Assembly: GCA_963767925.1 (NCBI GenBank)
Contig: CAVYGB010000008.1
Span: forward strand, 1,280,001-1,344,000
Length of the DNA stretch: 64,000 bases
Direction: 5' to 3'
DNA from: an uncultured delta proteobacterium
GTDB taxonomy: Bacteria; Myxococcota_A; Polyangia; Fen-1088
Below are positions 44,621 through 55,285 of this stretch, one piece after another (the first letter of the stretch is position 1; every line of letters begins with the position of its first letter). Made by a program: the position numbers and the translations under genes. A model generated the notes under the pieces. That model searched no databases and had not been told where the DNA came from. It was given only the letters and a program-made list of their open reading frames with translations.

Positions 44621-45848
44621 GCGCGGGCCTTCCGGACCGATCCTGAAAGTCCCGATCGTCCGTCCCGCGCTCGGCGACGCCGAGGTGGCGGCGGTCTCAC
44701 GGGTCATCCGTTCGGGCTGGGTGACCCAGGGGCCCGAGGTGGCCGCCTTCGAGAAGGAGTTCGCCGCCGCGGTGGGCGCGCCGGAGGCGGTGGCGGTCTC
44801 CAACTGCACGGTGGCGCTCGAGCTCGCCCTCCGCTGCGCCGGGGTGGGGCCCGGCGACGAGGTGGTCACCGTGAGCCACAGCTTCATCGCCACGGCCAAC
44901 GCCATCGTGGCGGTCGGGGCGCGCCCCGTCTTCGTCGACGTCGAGCGGGATACCTTCGGCATGTCGGCCGGCGCTGTCGCGACGGCGCTGTCCCCCCGCA
45001 CGCGGGCCATCCTGGCGGTTCACCAGATCGGCATCCCCTGCGATCTGTTTGCCCTGCTGGCGGTGGCCAGCGCGGCCAAGGTTCCCCTGATCGAAGACGC
45101 GGCCTGTGCCATCGGCAGCGAGCTCCTGCTCGACGGCGCCTGGCAGCGTATCGGCCGCCCCCACGGCCTGATGGCCTGTTTCTCGTTCCATCCGCGCAAG
45201 ATCGTGACCACCGGCGACGGCGGCATGCTCGTGACGGCTGACCCGGCCATCGCCCGGCGGGGCCGGCTGCTGCGCCAGCACGCCATGTCGGTCGCCGACA
45301 CCATCCGCCATGGCAGCTCGACCGTCGTCTTCGAGAGCTACGACGAGCCCGCCTTCAACTGGCGCATGACCGATCTGCAGGCGGCCACCGGGCGCCCGCA
45401 GCTCGCCCGCCTCCCCGCCATCGTGGCCGAGCGCCGGGCGCTGGCCGACCGCTACGTCGCGGCGCTCGCCGGCAACAGCGCGGTGGAGACACCGCTGGAG
45501 CGCCCGGGGAGCCGCAGCAACTGGCAGAGTTACCCCCTCCGACTGCGCCCCGGCCGGGGAATCGAGCAGCGGCAGGCCCTGCAGTTCTTGCTCGACCGGG
45601 GCATCTCGGCCAAGCGCGGCGTCCACAACGCCCACCAGGAACCGGCCTACGCGGGGCGGGACAACTGGAGCTGCGGACCGGGTGGCTGTCACCCGGGACG
45701 CCCGGCCGGAGAACCTTGCGATCGCCTCCCGATCTCCGAGGCGGCCCGCGATCAGACCCTTCTCATCCCCCTGTTCAATGGTATGAGTCGCGCCGAGCAG
45801 GACCACGTCATCGGGGCGCTCGACGCCCTGGCCAAGGCCCTTCCATGA
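44607..45848 (+). CDS. DegT family aminotransferase
   Basis: SGWVTQGP, SNCTVAL, EDAACAIG, SFHPRKIVTTGDGG, NWRMTDLQAA. Confidence 0.92.
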   Translation: MSSGERGPSGPILKVPIVRPALGDAEVAAVSRVIRSGWVTQGPEVAAFEKEFAAAVGAPEAVAVSNCTVALELALRCAGVGPGDEVVTVSHSFIATANAIVAVGARPVFVDVERDTFGMSAGAVATALSPRTRAILAVHQIGIPCDLFALLAVASAAKVPLIEDAACAIGSELLLDGAWQRIGRPHGLMACFSFHPRKIVTTGDGGMLVTADPAIARRGRLLRQHAMSVADTIRHGSSTVVFESYDEPAFNWRMTDLQAATGRPQLARLPAIVAERRALADRYVAALAGNSAVETPLERPGSRSNWQSYPLRLRPGRGIEQRQALQFLLDRGISAKRGVHNAHQEPAYAGRDNWSCGPGGCHPGRPAGEPCDRLPISEAARDQTLLIPLFNGMSRAEQDHVIGALDALAKALP

Positions 45849-46375
45849 GCCACCCTCTCCGCAACCCCGACACCGACCGCGCCAACTTCGTCCGGATCGC
45901 CGACGACGTGAAGCTGGGCGAGGACGTTCGCATCTTCTCCTTCGTCAACCTGTACGGATGCGCCATCGGCGACCGGACGCAGATCGGCGCCTTCGTCGAG
46001 ATCCAGCGGGGGGCCAGCATCGGGTCGCGCTGCAAGATCTCGAGCCACACCTTCATCTGCGAAGGGGTCACCATCGAGGACGAGTGTTTCGTGGGGCACG
46101 GCGTGATGTTCATCAACGACCGGCATCCCGCCGCCGTGCGCGCCGACGGGGCGCCCAAGGGCAACGCCGACTGGGTGTGTGAGCCGACCCGGATTCGCCG
46201 GCGGGCCAACATCGGCTCGGGCGCGGTCATCATGTGTGGGATCGAGATCGGGGAAGGGGCGCTGATCGGCGCGGGCGCCATGGTGACCCGTGACGTGCCG
46301 CCCGGCGCCACCGTGGTGGGCAACCCGGCCCGGGCCCTGGCCCGGGAACGCGGGGCGGGGGGAGGGGTGCGATGA
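45845..46375 (+). CDS. Hexapeptide-repeat sugar N-acetyltransferase (WbpD-like)
   Basis: KISSHTFICEGVTIED, GHGVMFIND, IGAGAMVTRDVP..GNPAR. Confidence 0.9.
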   Translation: MSHPLRNPDTDRANFVRIADDVKLGEDVRIFSFVNLYGCAIGDRTQIGAFVEIQRGASIGSRCKISSHTFICEGVTIEDECFVGHGVMFINDRHPAAVRADGAPKGNADWVCEPTRIRRRANIGSGAVIMCGIEIGEGALIGAGAMVTRDVPPGATVVGNPARALARERGAGGGVR

Positions 46376-47334
46376 TCGCCGGGTCGCGGATCTTCGTGAG
46401 CGGGGGGGCCGGCTTCGTCGGCTCCCACACCGCCGACCAGCTCCTGGCGGCGGGGGCGGCCAAGGTGATCGCGCTCGACAACCTGGTGCGGGGCAGCCTC
46501 GGCAACGTCGCCCACCTGCGCGACGATCCCCGCTTCGAGCTCGTCGAGGGGGACGTCCGCGACCGCGCGCTGGTGAGCCGGCTGATCGCCGGGTGTGATC
46601 ACGTCTTCCACCTGGCCGCCCTGCGCATCACCGCCTGCGCGGCCAACCCGCGCGAAGCGCATGAGGTCATGGCCGATGGGACCTTCAACGTCCTGGAGGC
46701 CGCCGCCGAGCACAAGGTCAGGAAGATCGTCGCCGCCTCGAGCGCTTCGGTGTACGGCGAGCCGACCAGCCTCCCGATCGACGAGCCGGCCAGCTACGAG
46801 AACAAGACCCTGTACGGCGCCTACAAGATCGCCCTCGAGCACATGTTGCGGGCCTTCGAGGACATGTACCGGATCCCCTACGCCGCCCTTCGCTACTTTA
46901 ACCTCTACGGGCCCCGCATGGACATGACCGGCGTCTACACCGAGGTGATGGTGCGCTGGATGGACCGCATCGACGCCGGCCAGGCGCCCCTCATCTTCGG
47001 CAAGGGTGACCAGTCGATGGACTTCGTCTTCGTCGACGACGCCGCCCGGGCCAACCTGACGGCGCTGACCTCGTCCGCTCAGAACGACGTGTTCAACGTC
47101 GCCACCGGTCGGGAGACGAGCCTGCTCGAGCTGTGCACCCTCATGCTGAAGCTGATGGGCCGGCCCGACCTCCAGCCGGAGTTTCGCGAGGAGAGGACGG
47201 TCAACCCGGTGCGCCGGCGCCGGGGGGGCCCGGAGAAGGCCCGCAAGCTGCTCGGCTACGAGACGCGCGTCGACCTGGCCGCCGGGCTCGAGAAGTTGAT
47301 CCAGTGGCGCCGATCCAGCAAGACCCATGGCTGA
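46372..47334 (+). CDS. NAD-dependent epimerase/dehydratase
   Basis: GGAGFVGSH, HLAA, ASSASVYG, YGAYK, RYFNLYGP. Confidence 0.93.
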   Translation: MIAGSRIFVSGGAGFVGSHTADQLLAAGAAKVIALDNLVRGSLGNVAHLRDDPRFELVEGDVRDRALVSRLIAGCDHVFHLAALRITACAANPREAHEVMADGTFNVLEAAAEHKVRKIVAASSASVYGEPTSLPIDEPASYENKTLYGAYKIALEHMLRAFEDMYRIPYAALRYFNLYGPRMDMTGVYTEVMVRWMDRIDAGQAPLIFGKGDQSMDFVFVDDAARANLTALTSSAQNDVFNVATGRETSLLELCTLMLKLMGRPDLQPEFREERTVNPVRRRRGGPEKARKLLGYETRVDLAAGLEKLIQWRRSSKTHG

Positions 47335-48481
47335 TGCGCTCTTCTCCGACCACATCCCCCTGATGCGCCCCTGGCTGGGGGAGGAGGAGGCGCAGGCGGT
47401 GCGCGAGGTCATCCTCTCGGGCTGGGTCAGCCAGGGACCGAAGGTGGCCGAGTTCGAACGTCAGATCGCCGCCCTGGTGGGCGCCCGTCACGCCATCGCC
47501 ACCAACGCCGCCACCACCGCCTTGCACCTCATGATGCAGGTGCTGGGCATCCGTCCCGGCGACGAGGTCATCTTGCCCGCCTTCACCTGCATGGCCAACG
47601 CGAACGCGGTCATCATCGCGGGGGCGGTGCCCGTGTTCGCCGATATCCAGCGGGACAGCTACAACCTCGATCCGGAGGACGTCGCCCGCCGGATCACCGC
47701 CCGGACCCGGGGGGTGATGGTGGTCGATCAGATCGGCCTGCCCGCCGACCTCGATGCCTTCAAGGCGCTCGCCGGCCAGCGCGACCTGCTGCTGTTCGAG
47801 GACGCCGCCACCGCCCTCGGCGCCCGCTATCGGGGGCGCTACCTGGGAGGCCACGGCGTACCGGCGGTCTTCAGCTTTCATCCGCGCAAGGTGATCGCCA
47901 CCGGTGAGGGCGGCATGCTGGTGATCGACGACGACGCCCAGGCCGAGCGGGCCCAGGTGCTGCGGGCCACCGGGGCCTCGATCTCCGATCTGAAGCGCCA
48001 CGAGGCCAAGGGCGCGCTCTTCCAGCAATACTTCGAATACGGCTACAACTACCGCCTCACCGACATGCAGGCGGCGATGGGCATCGTCCAGCTCACGAAG
48101 CTGGAGCGCATCCTGGCCGCCCGCCGCGATCAGGCCCGGCGCTACCAGGACCTCCTGGGCCCGATCGACGAGATCAGGCCGCCCTTCGAGCCCGACTACG
48201 CGCGCAGCGCTTACTCCTCGTATTGCGTCCGCTTGCAGCCATCGGCCCGGGTCGGCGCAGACGAGGTGGTCCAGCGCATGGCCCGCTACAACGTCTCCTG
48301 CCGGCGGGGCATCCAGCCCCTGCACCACGAGCCCTACTTCGCGAGCACGATGTCGGGTCTGCGCCTGCCCGAGACGGAGGCCGCCGCCCGCGACACCCTG
48401 TTTCTGCCCATCTTCCCCGGGCTGACCGACGCCGAGCAGGTCCAGGTCGTCGAGCGTCTCAAGCAGAGCCTGCTGCCGTGA
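47327..48481 (+). CDS. DegT family aminotransferase
   Basis: SGWVSQGP, EDAATALG, SFHPRKVIATGEGG, GYNYRLTDMQAA. Confidence 0.92.
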   Translation: MADALFSDHIPLMRPWLGEEEAQAVREVILSGWVSQGPKVAEFERQIAALVGARHAIATNAATTALHLMMQVLGIRPGDEVILPAFTCMANANAVIIAGAVPVFADIQRDSYNLDPEDVARRITARTRGVMVVDQIGLPADLDAFKALAGQRDLLLFEDAATALGARYRGRYLGGHGVPAVFSFHPRKVIATGEGGMLVIDDDAQAERAQVLRATGASISDLKRHEAKGALFQQYFEYGYNYRLTDMQAAMGIVQLTKLERILAARRDQARRYQDLLGPIDEIRPPFEPDYARSAYSSYCVRLQPSARVGADEVVQRMARYNVSCRRGIQPLHHEPYFASTMSGLRLPETEAAARDTLFLPIFPGLTDAEQVQVVERLKQSLLP

Positions 48482-49143
48482 CGACGTCGGCCGCCGGAGT
48501 CCATTTCATCCTGGGGGCTGGCGCGCAGGGGAGGGTCGTCCTCGAGGCCTGGCGGGCGCAACATCCGGGCGCGACCTTCGCCTTCCTCGACGACAACCTC
48601 GCCCTGGCCGGCCAGGAGATCCTGGGGGTTCCGGTGCGAGGCGGGCTCGCCCTGCTGGCGGGCGTCGCGGGGGAGGTCGTCCTCGCCCTGGGGCACAATC
48701 CCGGCCGGCTCGAGCAGGCGCGCCGCCTGGCCACCTCGTCCGTCACCTTCGGCCGCCCGATCCACCCCGCCGCCGCCGTGGCCCCCTCGGCCGCCATCGG
48801 CCCCGGCACGGTGGTGCTCGCCGGGGCGGTGATCAACAGCGGGGCGGCGATCGGCGCCCACGTCATCGTCAACACCGGCGTCATCGTCGAGCACGACAGC
48901 ATCGTGGAAGACGGCGCCTCCCTCAGCCCCGCGGTGGCGATGGGCGGGCGCGTGCGGGTGGGGCAGGGCGCCTTCGTCGCGGTAGGCGCTACCCTCGCCC
49001 CCCGCGTGCAGGTCGGCGCGGGGGCCATCGTGGGGGCAGGGGCGGTGGTGATGACGGACGTCCCCCCGGGCACCCTGGTCTACGGCGTCCCCGCCCGGGC
49101 GATCCGCCCGGTGGGGCCGGACGACTGGAAGCGCGTGTTGTGA
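48478..49143 (+). CDS. NeuD/PglD-type sugar acetyltransferase
   Basis: ILGAGAQG, FLDDN, IHPAA, VNTGVIVEHD, GAGAVV..YGVPAR. Confidence 0.9.
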   Translation: MTTSAAGVHFILGAGAQGRVVLEAWRAQHPGATFAFLDDNLALAGQEILGVPVRGGLALLAGVAGEVVLALGHNPGRLEQARRLATSSVTFGRPIHPAAAVAPSAAIGPGTVVLAGAVINSGAAIGAHVIVNTGVIVEHDSIVEDGASLSPAVAMGGRVRVGQGAFVAVGATLAPRVQVGAGAIVGAGAVVMTDVPPGTLVYGVPARAIRPVGPDDWKRVL

Positions 49144-49907
49144 CCACCCCGGCCCGCTACCCGGACGTCCGCCTCTCGGTGGTCATCCCGGCCTACAACG
49201 AGGCCTCGAACCTGGAGCAGACCCTGCCCCGGGCGGTGGCCTCCCTTCGCCGGCTGGTCGGCGCCTTCGAGCTGATTCTGATCGACGACTGCAGCCGCGA
49301 CGAGACCTACCAGGTCGCCTCGACGATGAGCGCCCGCTTCCCGGAGCTGCGCGTGTTCCGGAACGAGGTGAACCTCCGGCAAGGCGGCACCCTCGAACGT
49401 GGTTTCAAGCTCGCCGCCCACGACCTGGTCATGCACAACGCCGCCGACTATCCCTTCGACTTCGAGGACCTGCCCCTCCTGCTCGAACATTTCCCGGCCG
49501 CCGATCTGGTCGTGGCCGCGCGCCGGAGCTACCCGGGGACCTCGGCGCCCCGGCGCTTCGTCTCCTTCGCCAACCGGGCCCTGCTGCGGCTGCTGTTCGG
49601 GGCCGACCTCCGGGACTACAACTTCATCCAGATCTACCGCCGCCAGTTCCTCCAGGGTCAGCCGACCCTCTCCCGGGCCACCTCGTTCATCACCCCGGAG
49701 AAGATCATCCGGGCGATTCGCCTGGGCCAGCGGGTGGTCGAGGTGGAGGTCGACTATCACCGCCGGCTGGTCGGACAGCCCTCCTCGGCGAGCTGGTCCA
49801 ACATCCGGGCCGCCCTGCGCGACATGGGTCGGCTCTGGCTCGAGTTCCGCCGGGCCGACGCCCGCCGCCTGTGGGAGACCCGCTCGGGGTTGGGCCGCGA
49901 TGGCTGA
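49140..49907 (+). CDS. GT2 glycosyltransferase (Dol-P-Man synthase/ArnC-like)
   Basis: VIPAYNEA, IDDCSRDET, NLRQGG, C-terminal EVEVDYHRR. Confidence 0.88.
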   Translation: MTTPARYPDVRLSVVIPAYNEASNLEQTLPRAVASLRRLVGAFELILIDDCSRDETYQVASTMSARFPELRVFRNEVNLRQGGTLERGFKLAAHDLVMHNAADYPFDFEDLPLLLEHFPAADLVVAARRSYPGTSAPRRFVSFANRALLRLLFGADLRDYNFIQIYRRQFLQGQPTLSRATSFITPEKIIRAIRLGQRVVEVEVDYHRRLVGQPSSASWSNIRAALRDMGRLWLEFRRADARRLWETRSGLGRDG

Positions 49908-51654
49908 GCCCGCTGGTCGACCGTTCGCCAGGTGGCTCGCGGCGTGGCCGGCGAAGGCCGGGGCGCTGCTGGCCCGCTCGCCGGTCTCCCCCGCCAGCGC
50001 GCTCGCCGGGCTGGTGGCGCTCCTGCTGGTCGCGCGGGTGGCGGTCGTCCTGGTGGGCCGCCTGCGCTACGGCGTCGACTTCAGCGACGAGGCCTTCTAC
50101 GTCGCCTTGCCCTACCGCTTCGCGATCGGCGACCGGCCCTTCGTCGACGAGATCTCGCCGGCCCAGACGGCGGCCCTGATCACGACGCCCCTGTTCTGGT
50201 CGTACCTGAAGATCTCGGGTGGCACCGCCGGGATCATCCTGTTTTCCCGGTGGTCTTACCTCGCCTTTTCGGCGCTGGTCGGCCTGGTTGTGTTCTCGAC
50301 GCTGCGGCGGGTGCTCTCCTGGCCGTTGGCGCTTGCCACGGCGACCATCGGCGTGGCCTACGTCCCCTTCTGTGTGTTCTCCCTGTCCTACAACACCTTG
50401 AGCATGGGGTTCTTCACCGCCGGCTGCTTCCTGACGGCAGGGTCCTTGCTGGGAAGGAACGGACGGGGGCCCTTGATCCTGGCGGGGGTGGCGCTCGGGC
50501 TCGCCACGCTGGCCTACCCGACCCTGCTGCCGGCGGTGGTGGTCACCGTCCTCTCGTTCACGATCGCCGCCCCGGGCGGCCGGCGCGAGCGGTTTGTCCT
50601 GCTGACCGCTGGCGGCCTGCTCGTCGTGCTCGCCGCCGCCCCCTTCTTCGTGGAGGCGGGGATGGACGCCATCGCGACCGTCTACCGTTACAGCAACGCC
50701 GTTCACGATCGGCCACCCGCCAAGCTCCTGGTGATCCTGGAAAACTGGGCGGCTTCCTCACCGCTCAGCCTCTGGAGCCTGGCCGGCGTGCTGGCCGGGT
50801 TCGGCTGGGTGGCGACCCGGCCGGGCGCGGCCTTCTGGCTGATGCCCATCGTGGCCGGCGCCCTCGCGATCTCGACGTTCACCCCCAAACACGTCGCCGG
50901 TCCCTGGATGATCGTCTACGCCGGCCTGCTGGCTCCGGGGATCCTCCTGACGGTGGGCGACGACCCGAAGATGCGCCTGCTGTTCCGGACCATCTGGTTT
51001 CCCTCCTTCGTGGCCGGGATCCTCAACGCCATCTCCAGCTCCAACGGCGGGATGAACGCCGGGCTGGGGCTCTTGCCGGCGGCGATCCTCCTGTTCACCG
51101 GCATGGCGCTGGCCGCGCAGCGGGCCGCCCAGGCGAGCGCCCGGGCGACCTGGGGCCAGGTCGCCGCGATGGCCACGCCCGTGGTGCTGGTCCTCGGTTT
51201 TCTCAGCCGGGTCAAGACCGTGTACCGGGATCACCACATCGAGCAGCTCACCGAGCGGGTGCGTTCAGGCCCTTTCCGCGGTCTCGACACCATCCCCGCC
51301 AAGGCCGGCTTCATCACCGACCTCCAGCGCGAGCTCGCCCGCCACGAGCGACGCGACGGCCGCATCATCTTCTTCCACGACTTTCCGGCGGGCTTCCTCT
51401 TTACCCGGATGCGTCCCGCCCTCAACACGGTCTGGCCGGTCGACTTCGTCGACCAGAGCTTTTACCTCGAGGCCTACAAGCAGCGGCGCAACGGCGCCGG
51501 GCTGGGCGTGAAGATGCGTCAGTTCCCCGGGCGCATCTTTCCCGTGCGCGGCGGACGCACGACGGCGCTCGAGGGGGAGGTCGAAAACAACGACCGCCTC
51601 CTCGTCGACATCGGGACCTTCGCCATCTACGAAGATCCCAAGCCGACGCCCTGA
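49900..51654 (+). CDS. Polytopic membrane protein, putative GT-C glycosyltransferase
   Basis: GVDFSDEAFY loop after TM1 (DE motif), SYNTL, more than 10 TM helices, soluble C-terminal domain. Confidence 0.6.
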   Translation: MAEPAGRPFARWLAAWPAKAGALLARSPVSPASALAGLVALLLVARVAVVLVGRLRYGVDFSDEAFYVALPYRFAIGDRPFVDEISPAQTAALITTPLFWSYLKISGGTAGIILFSRWSYLAFSALVGLVVFSTLRRVLSWPLALATATIGVAYVPFCVFSLSYNTLSMGFFTAGCFLTAGSLLGRNGRGPLILAGVALGLATLAYPTLLPAVVVTVLSFTIAAPGGRRERFVLLTAGGLLVVLAAAPFFVEAGMDAIATVYRYSNAVHDRPPAKLLVILENWAASSPLSLWSLAGVLAGFGWVATRPGAAFWLMPIVAGALAISTFTPKHVAGPWMIVYAGLLAPGILLTVGDDPKMRLLFRTIWFPSFVAGILNAISSSNGGMNAGLGLLPAAILLFTGMALAAQRAAQASARATWGQVAAMATPVVLVLGFLSRVKTVYRDHHIEQLTERVRSGPFRGLDTIPAKAGFITDLQRELARHERRDGRIIFFHDFPAGFLFTRMRPALNTVWPVDFVDQSFYLEAYKQRRNGAGLGVKMRQFPGRIFPVRGGRTTALEGEVENNDRLLVDIGTFAIYEDPKPTP

Positions 51655-51727
51655 CCGCCTTGCACGGCGCAACGCTCCCGGGAGCCGGTAAGCCCCGAGG
51701 CCCGACCTGCCGATGGCTGTATCAGCC

Positions 51728-52693
51728 ATGGGCGACCAGAAGACCTACTTCATCACCGGTGGAGCTGGCTTCATCGCCAACACCATCATCGGCAGGCTGT
51801 TCGAGCGACACCGGATCGTCGTGTACGACAACTTCCACCGCGACACCCTGAGCTCGAGCCCCTACGCGAAGCATCCCAGCCTCACGGTGATCCGCGGCGA
51901 TGTCCTCGACCTGCCCGCCCTCACCGCCGCCATGAAGGGAGCGGACGCCGTCATCCATGCCGCTGGCATCGCCGGCATCGACACCGTCATCAAGAACCCG
52001 GTCAAGACCATGCAGGTCAACATGATCGGCACCTCCAACGCGCTGGAGGCGGCCCGGCTAAACAGCATCAAAGATCGCTTCATCGACTTCTCGACCTCCG
52101 AGGTCTTCGGAACGATGGCCTACCGGTCGACCGAGGAGTCGCGGACCGTCTCGGGGTCGGCCGGCGAGGCCCGCTGGACCTACGCCGTCAGCAAGCTGGC
52201 CGGAGAGCACCTGGCGAAGGCCTACCAGCAGCAGTTCGGTCTGCCGGTGGTCACCGTGCGTCCCTTCAACGTCTACGGACCCGGCCAGACCGGGGAGGGC
52301 GCCATCCACGGCTTCATCAAGAATGCCCTCAAGGGCGAGGACCTGCGCATTCACGGCGATGGCAACCAGATCCGGGCCTGGTGTTACGTCGACGACTTCG
52401 TCGACGGCATCATGCGCTGCCTGGAGAGCCCCGAGGCGGTGGGAGAGAGCTTCAACATCGGAAACGCCAGGGCGGTCATCACGATCCTGGGCCTGGCCCA
52501 GACCGTCTGCCGGGTCCTGGGGTCCAAGTCGCAGATCGTGTTCACCCCTGCGCTGTCGGCCGACATCGCCATCCGGATCCCCAGCGTCGACAAGGCGCGT
52601 GAGGTGCTCGGCTTTCAGGCGAAGGTCGATCTCGACGAGGGGATCCGGCGCACCGCGGAGTGGCTGGGCCCCCGCATCCGCGCCGAACGCTGA
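51728..52693 (+). CDS. NAD-dependent epimerase/dehydratase
   Basis: [29 protein letters not shown]. Confidence 0.93.
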   Translation: MGDQKTYFITGGAGFIANTIIGRLFERHRIVVYDNFHRDTLSSSPYAKHPSLTVIRGDVLDLPALTAAMKGADAVIHAAGIAGIDTVIKNPVKTMQVNMIGTSNALEAARLNSIKDRFIDFSTSEVFGTMAYRSTEESRTVSGSAGEARWTYAVSKLAGEHLAKAYQQQFGLPVVTVRPFNVYGPGQTGEGAIHGFIKNALKGEDLRIHGDGNQIRAWCYVDDFVDGIMRCLESPEAVGESFNIGNARAVITILGLAQTVCRVLGSKSQIVFTPALSADIAIRIPSVDKAREVLGFQAKVDLDEGIRRTAEWLGPRIRAER

Positions 52694-52699
52694 CCGCCG

Positions 52700-53504
52700 C
52701 TACCCCCGGACCAGCTCGCCGGAGAACACCCGGTGCGCCTGCCCGGCGCCGTCCCGCACCAGCAGAGCCCCGTCCTGGTCGACGTCGAGGGCCGTCCCTT
52801 CGAGCTTGCCCGCGGGCCGGTCGAGCAGGCAGGGGCGGGGCAGGGCGGCGAAGGCGCGCCAGGCCGGGAGGAAGGACGCTGGCCCGGCTGTCAGCGCCTC
52901 GTCGTAGGCGGGCTCGAAGGCGTTGGCGATCGAGGCGAGCAGCGCGCCGCGGTCCTGGGTCCGGCCGGTCACGGTCCGGATCGAGGCGGCCCGGTCGCTC
53001 AGCTCGGCGAGGAAAGTGCGCGGCGTTGACGTTGACCCCCACCCCGACCACGACGTGTTTGATCCGGTCTCGCTCGGTCGCCATCTCGGTCAAGATGCCC
53101 ACCAGCTTGCGCGGCTGGCCCCCCTGGTCGACCACCACGTCGTTGGGCCACTTGAGCCGGGGCGCGAGGCGCAGCGAGGAGAGGACCCGCGCCAGCACCA
53201 CCCCGGTCAGCAGGGTCAGCGGCGGCAGCTCGGTCGCCGGGCGCTCGGGCCGGAGCAGCAGGGAGAAATACAGGTTCTCGCCGGCGGGCGAGTGCCAGGT
53301 CCGCCCCAGCCGCCCCCGCCCCGCGCTCTGGGTATCGGCCACCACCAGCAACCCTTCGGGGGCGCCTTCTCGCGCGCGCCGGGCCGCCAGATCGTTGGTG
53401 GACGCGCAGGTCAGGCTGGCCTCGTAGCTGCGACCCATGCGGGTAGCGGCCAGGTGGGTGAAGAAGTGGCGGGGCTCGAGGTCGGCCGGCAGGACCACCG
53501 CCAT
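52700..53504 (-). CDS. birA: Biotin--protein ligase without HTH domain (frameshift near 53010)
   Basis: STND, QSAGRGRLGRTW, KWPND, KLVGILTE, GVGVNVN; C-terminal DVDQDGALLV..SGE in another frame. Confidence 0.9.
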
Positions 53505-54382
53505 CAGCGGGCGCCCTCGCGGCGCAGGGTCAGGTCCAGGGACAGATCGACCGCCCGCGCCGAGTGGGTGAGCGCCCCGATCGAGATGATGTCGACCCCG
53601 GTCTCGGCCAGCTCGCGCACCCGGCTCAGCGTCACGCCACCCGAGACCTCCAGCATGGTCCGGGGCGCCGCGGCCGCGACGAGGCGCACCGCCTCGCCCA
53701 CCTCGGCCGCGGAGAAGTTGTCGAGGAGGATGATGTCCGCGCCGGCCGCGATGGCTTCCTGGAGCTGCACGAGGTCGTCGACCTCCACCTCGACCCTCAG
53801 GCTGTGGGGAACGGCGGCCCGGGCCCGCTCGACGGCGGCCGTGAGGGAGCCGCTGGCCGCCAGGTGGTTGTCCTTGATCAGCACACCCGAGCCCAGGTCG
53901 GAGCGATGGTTCGAGCCGCCACCAGCGCGGACAGCGAGCTTCTCGAGCACCCGGGCTCCCGGATAGGTCTTGCGCGTGTCGGCGATCCGCGCGCCGGTGC
54001 CCGCCACGGCCTCCACGAAGGCGCGGGTGCAGGTGGCGATGCCCGACAGCCGCTGCAGGAAGTTGAGGGCCGTGCGCTCGGCGCGCAGGACGGACCGGGC
54101 GCCGCCCCGGACCCGCAGCAGGATGGCGCCCGCTGGGCAGGGCTCGCCGTCACGGGCCAGCCGCTCGATGGTCAGCGTGGGATCGACCCGGCGGAAGACC
54201 TCGGCTGCGACCTCGACGCCCGCCGGCACGACCGCCTCCCGGGCGACCACCTCACCGACCGCGACGACGCCCACGTCGACGACGGCATCGGTCGTGACGT
54301 CGCCTCTCCCCAGGTCCTCCTCCAGGGCGAGATCGATCAGACGGTGGGCCGCGGGGGTGATCCACTGGTCGGCGATGTCCAT
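53504..54382 (-). CDS. nadC: Nicotinate-nucleotide pyrophosphorylase (carboxylating)
   Basis: EDLGRGDVTT, AERTALNFLQRLSGIAT, DTRKT, LIKDNH, EVEV, LLDN, SIGALTHS. Confidence 0.96.
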   Translation of the reverse strand: MDIADQWITPAAHRLIDLALEEDLGRGDVTTDAVVDVGVVAVGEVVAREAVVPAGVEVAAEVFRRVDPTLTIERLARDGEPCPAGAILLRVRGGARSVLRAERTALNFLQRLSGIATCTRAFVEAVAGTGARIADTRKTYPGARVLEKLAVRAGGGSNHRSDLGSGVLIKDNHLAASGSLTAAVERARAAVPHSLRVEVEVDDLVQLQEAIAAGADIILLDNFSAAEVGEAVRLVAAAAPRTMLEVSGGVTLSRVRELAETGVDIISIGALTHSARAVDLSLDLTLRREGAR

Positions 54383-54404
54383 GCCGACCAGCTTATCAGC
54401 GCCT

Positions 54405-55099
54405 TCAGAGCACGGCGGACGGGGGAAGCAGGCTGGACATCCAGTCTTCCACCGGCCACCCGCGGGAACGGGCCATCTTCTTCAGCCGGGGGTCGGGGTT
54501 GACCGCCACCCGGTGCGTGACGCGCTCGAGCATGGGCAGGTCGGTGAACGAGTCGGTGTAGAACCAGCTCGCGCCCACGTCGATCTCGTGGCTGGCGCCG
54601 AGGCTCTCGGCCCAGTGGATCTTGCCCGGGCCGAAGCAGGCCGGGCCGCGGAGCTGGCCGGTCAGCTGGCCGCCGCTCCACCTCGAACTCGGTGGCCCCG
54701 ACCACCTCGACCGACAGGGCGCGGGCCACCGGCTCCACGATGTACCGGGGCGAGGAGGAGAGCAGGGCGAGTACGTGGCCGTCGGCGCGGTGCCGCTCGA
54801 CGGCGCGCAGGCCGGCGGGCAAGCAGCCGGGGCAAGCACCTCGTCCTCGACCAGCCGCTGGCACTGCTCGGCGAAGTCCTGCTCGACCTTGCCGCGCAGA
54901 AAGTCGGCCACGTGGGCCGTGATGGTGGGCAGGTCCACGATGGCCAGGCGGTATTTGGCCAGCCAGCTCAGCGCGCGCAGCGCCTTGTCCGAGCGAAATC
55001 TCGCCGCGCGCGCCGCAGATCCCGCAGGAACAGACGCCCCGTGTTGCAGGCCACCAGGGTGCAATCCAGGTCGAAAAACGCGGCAACCTTCGTCTTCAT
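54405..55099 (-). CDS. HAD-IB family hydrolase (frameshifted)
   Basis: AAFFDLDCTL, LLSSSPRY, CFGPGK, FYTDSFTDLPML, VNPDPRL in successive frames. Confidence 0.8.
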
Positions 55100-55285
55100 G
55101 GGCGGGCTGGAAGCTAGGGTCAGACTGCTCATTGTACCACCCGATAACATCGGCGGGGGATGAGCCAGGTTGACTCCTCGGCGGGATCGCCCCGATGTGT
55201 GGCCTCGACTGCTGGCCCTGCTGGCCCCGATCGCATGGCCCTGATTGACTGAGGTTGGGGTGCGCGCTAGGAACGGGCCCCACGC

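Noticed and set aside
55196..55244. Short tggccc repeats between the HAD gene and rsmD
   Set aside because: Irregular spacing and low complexity; expected by chance at this GC content.
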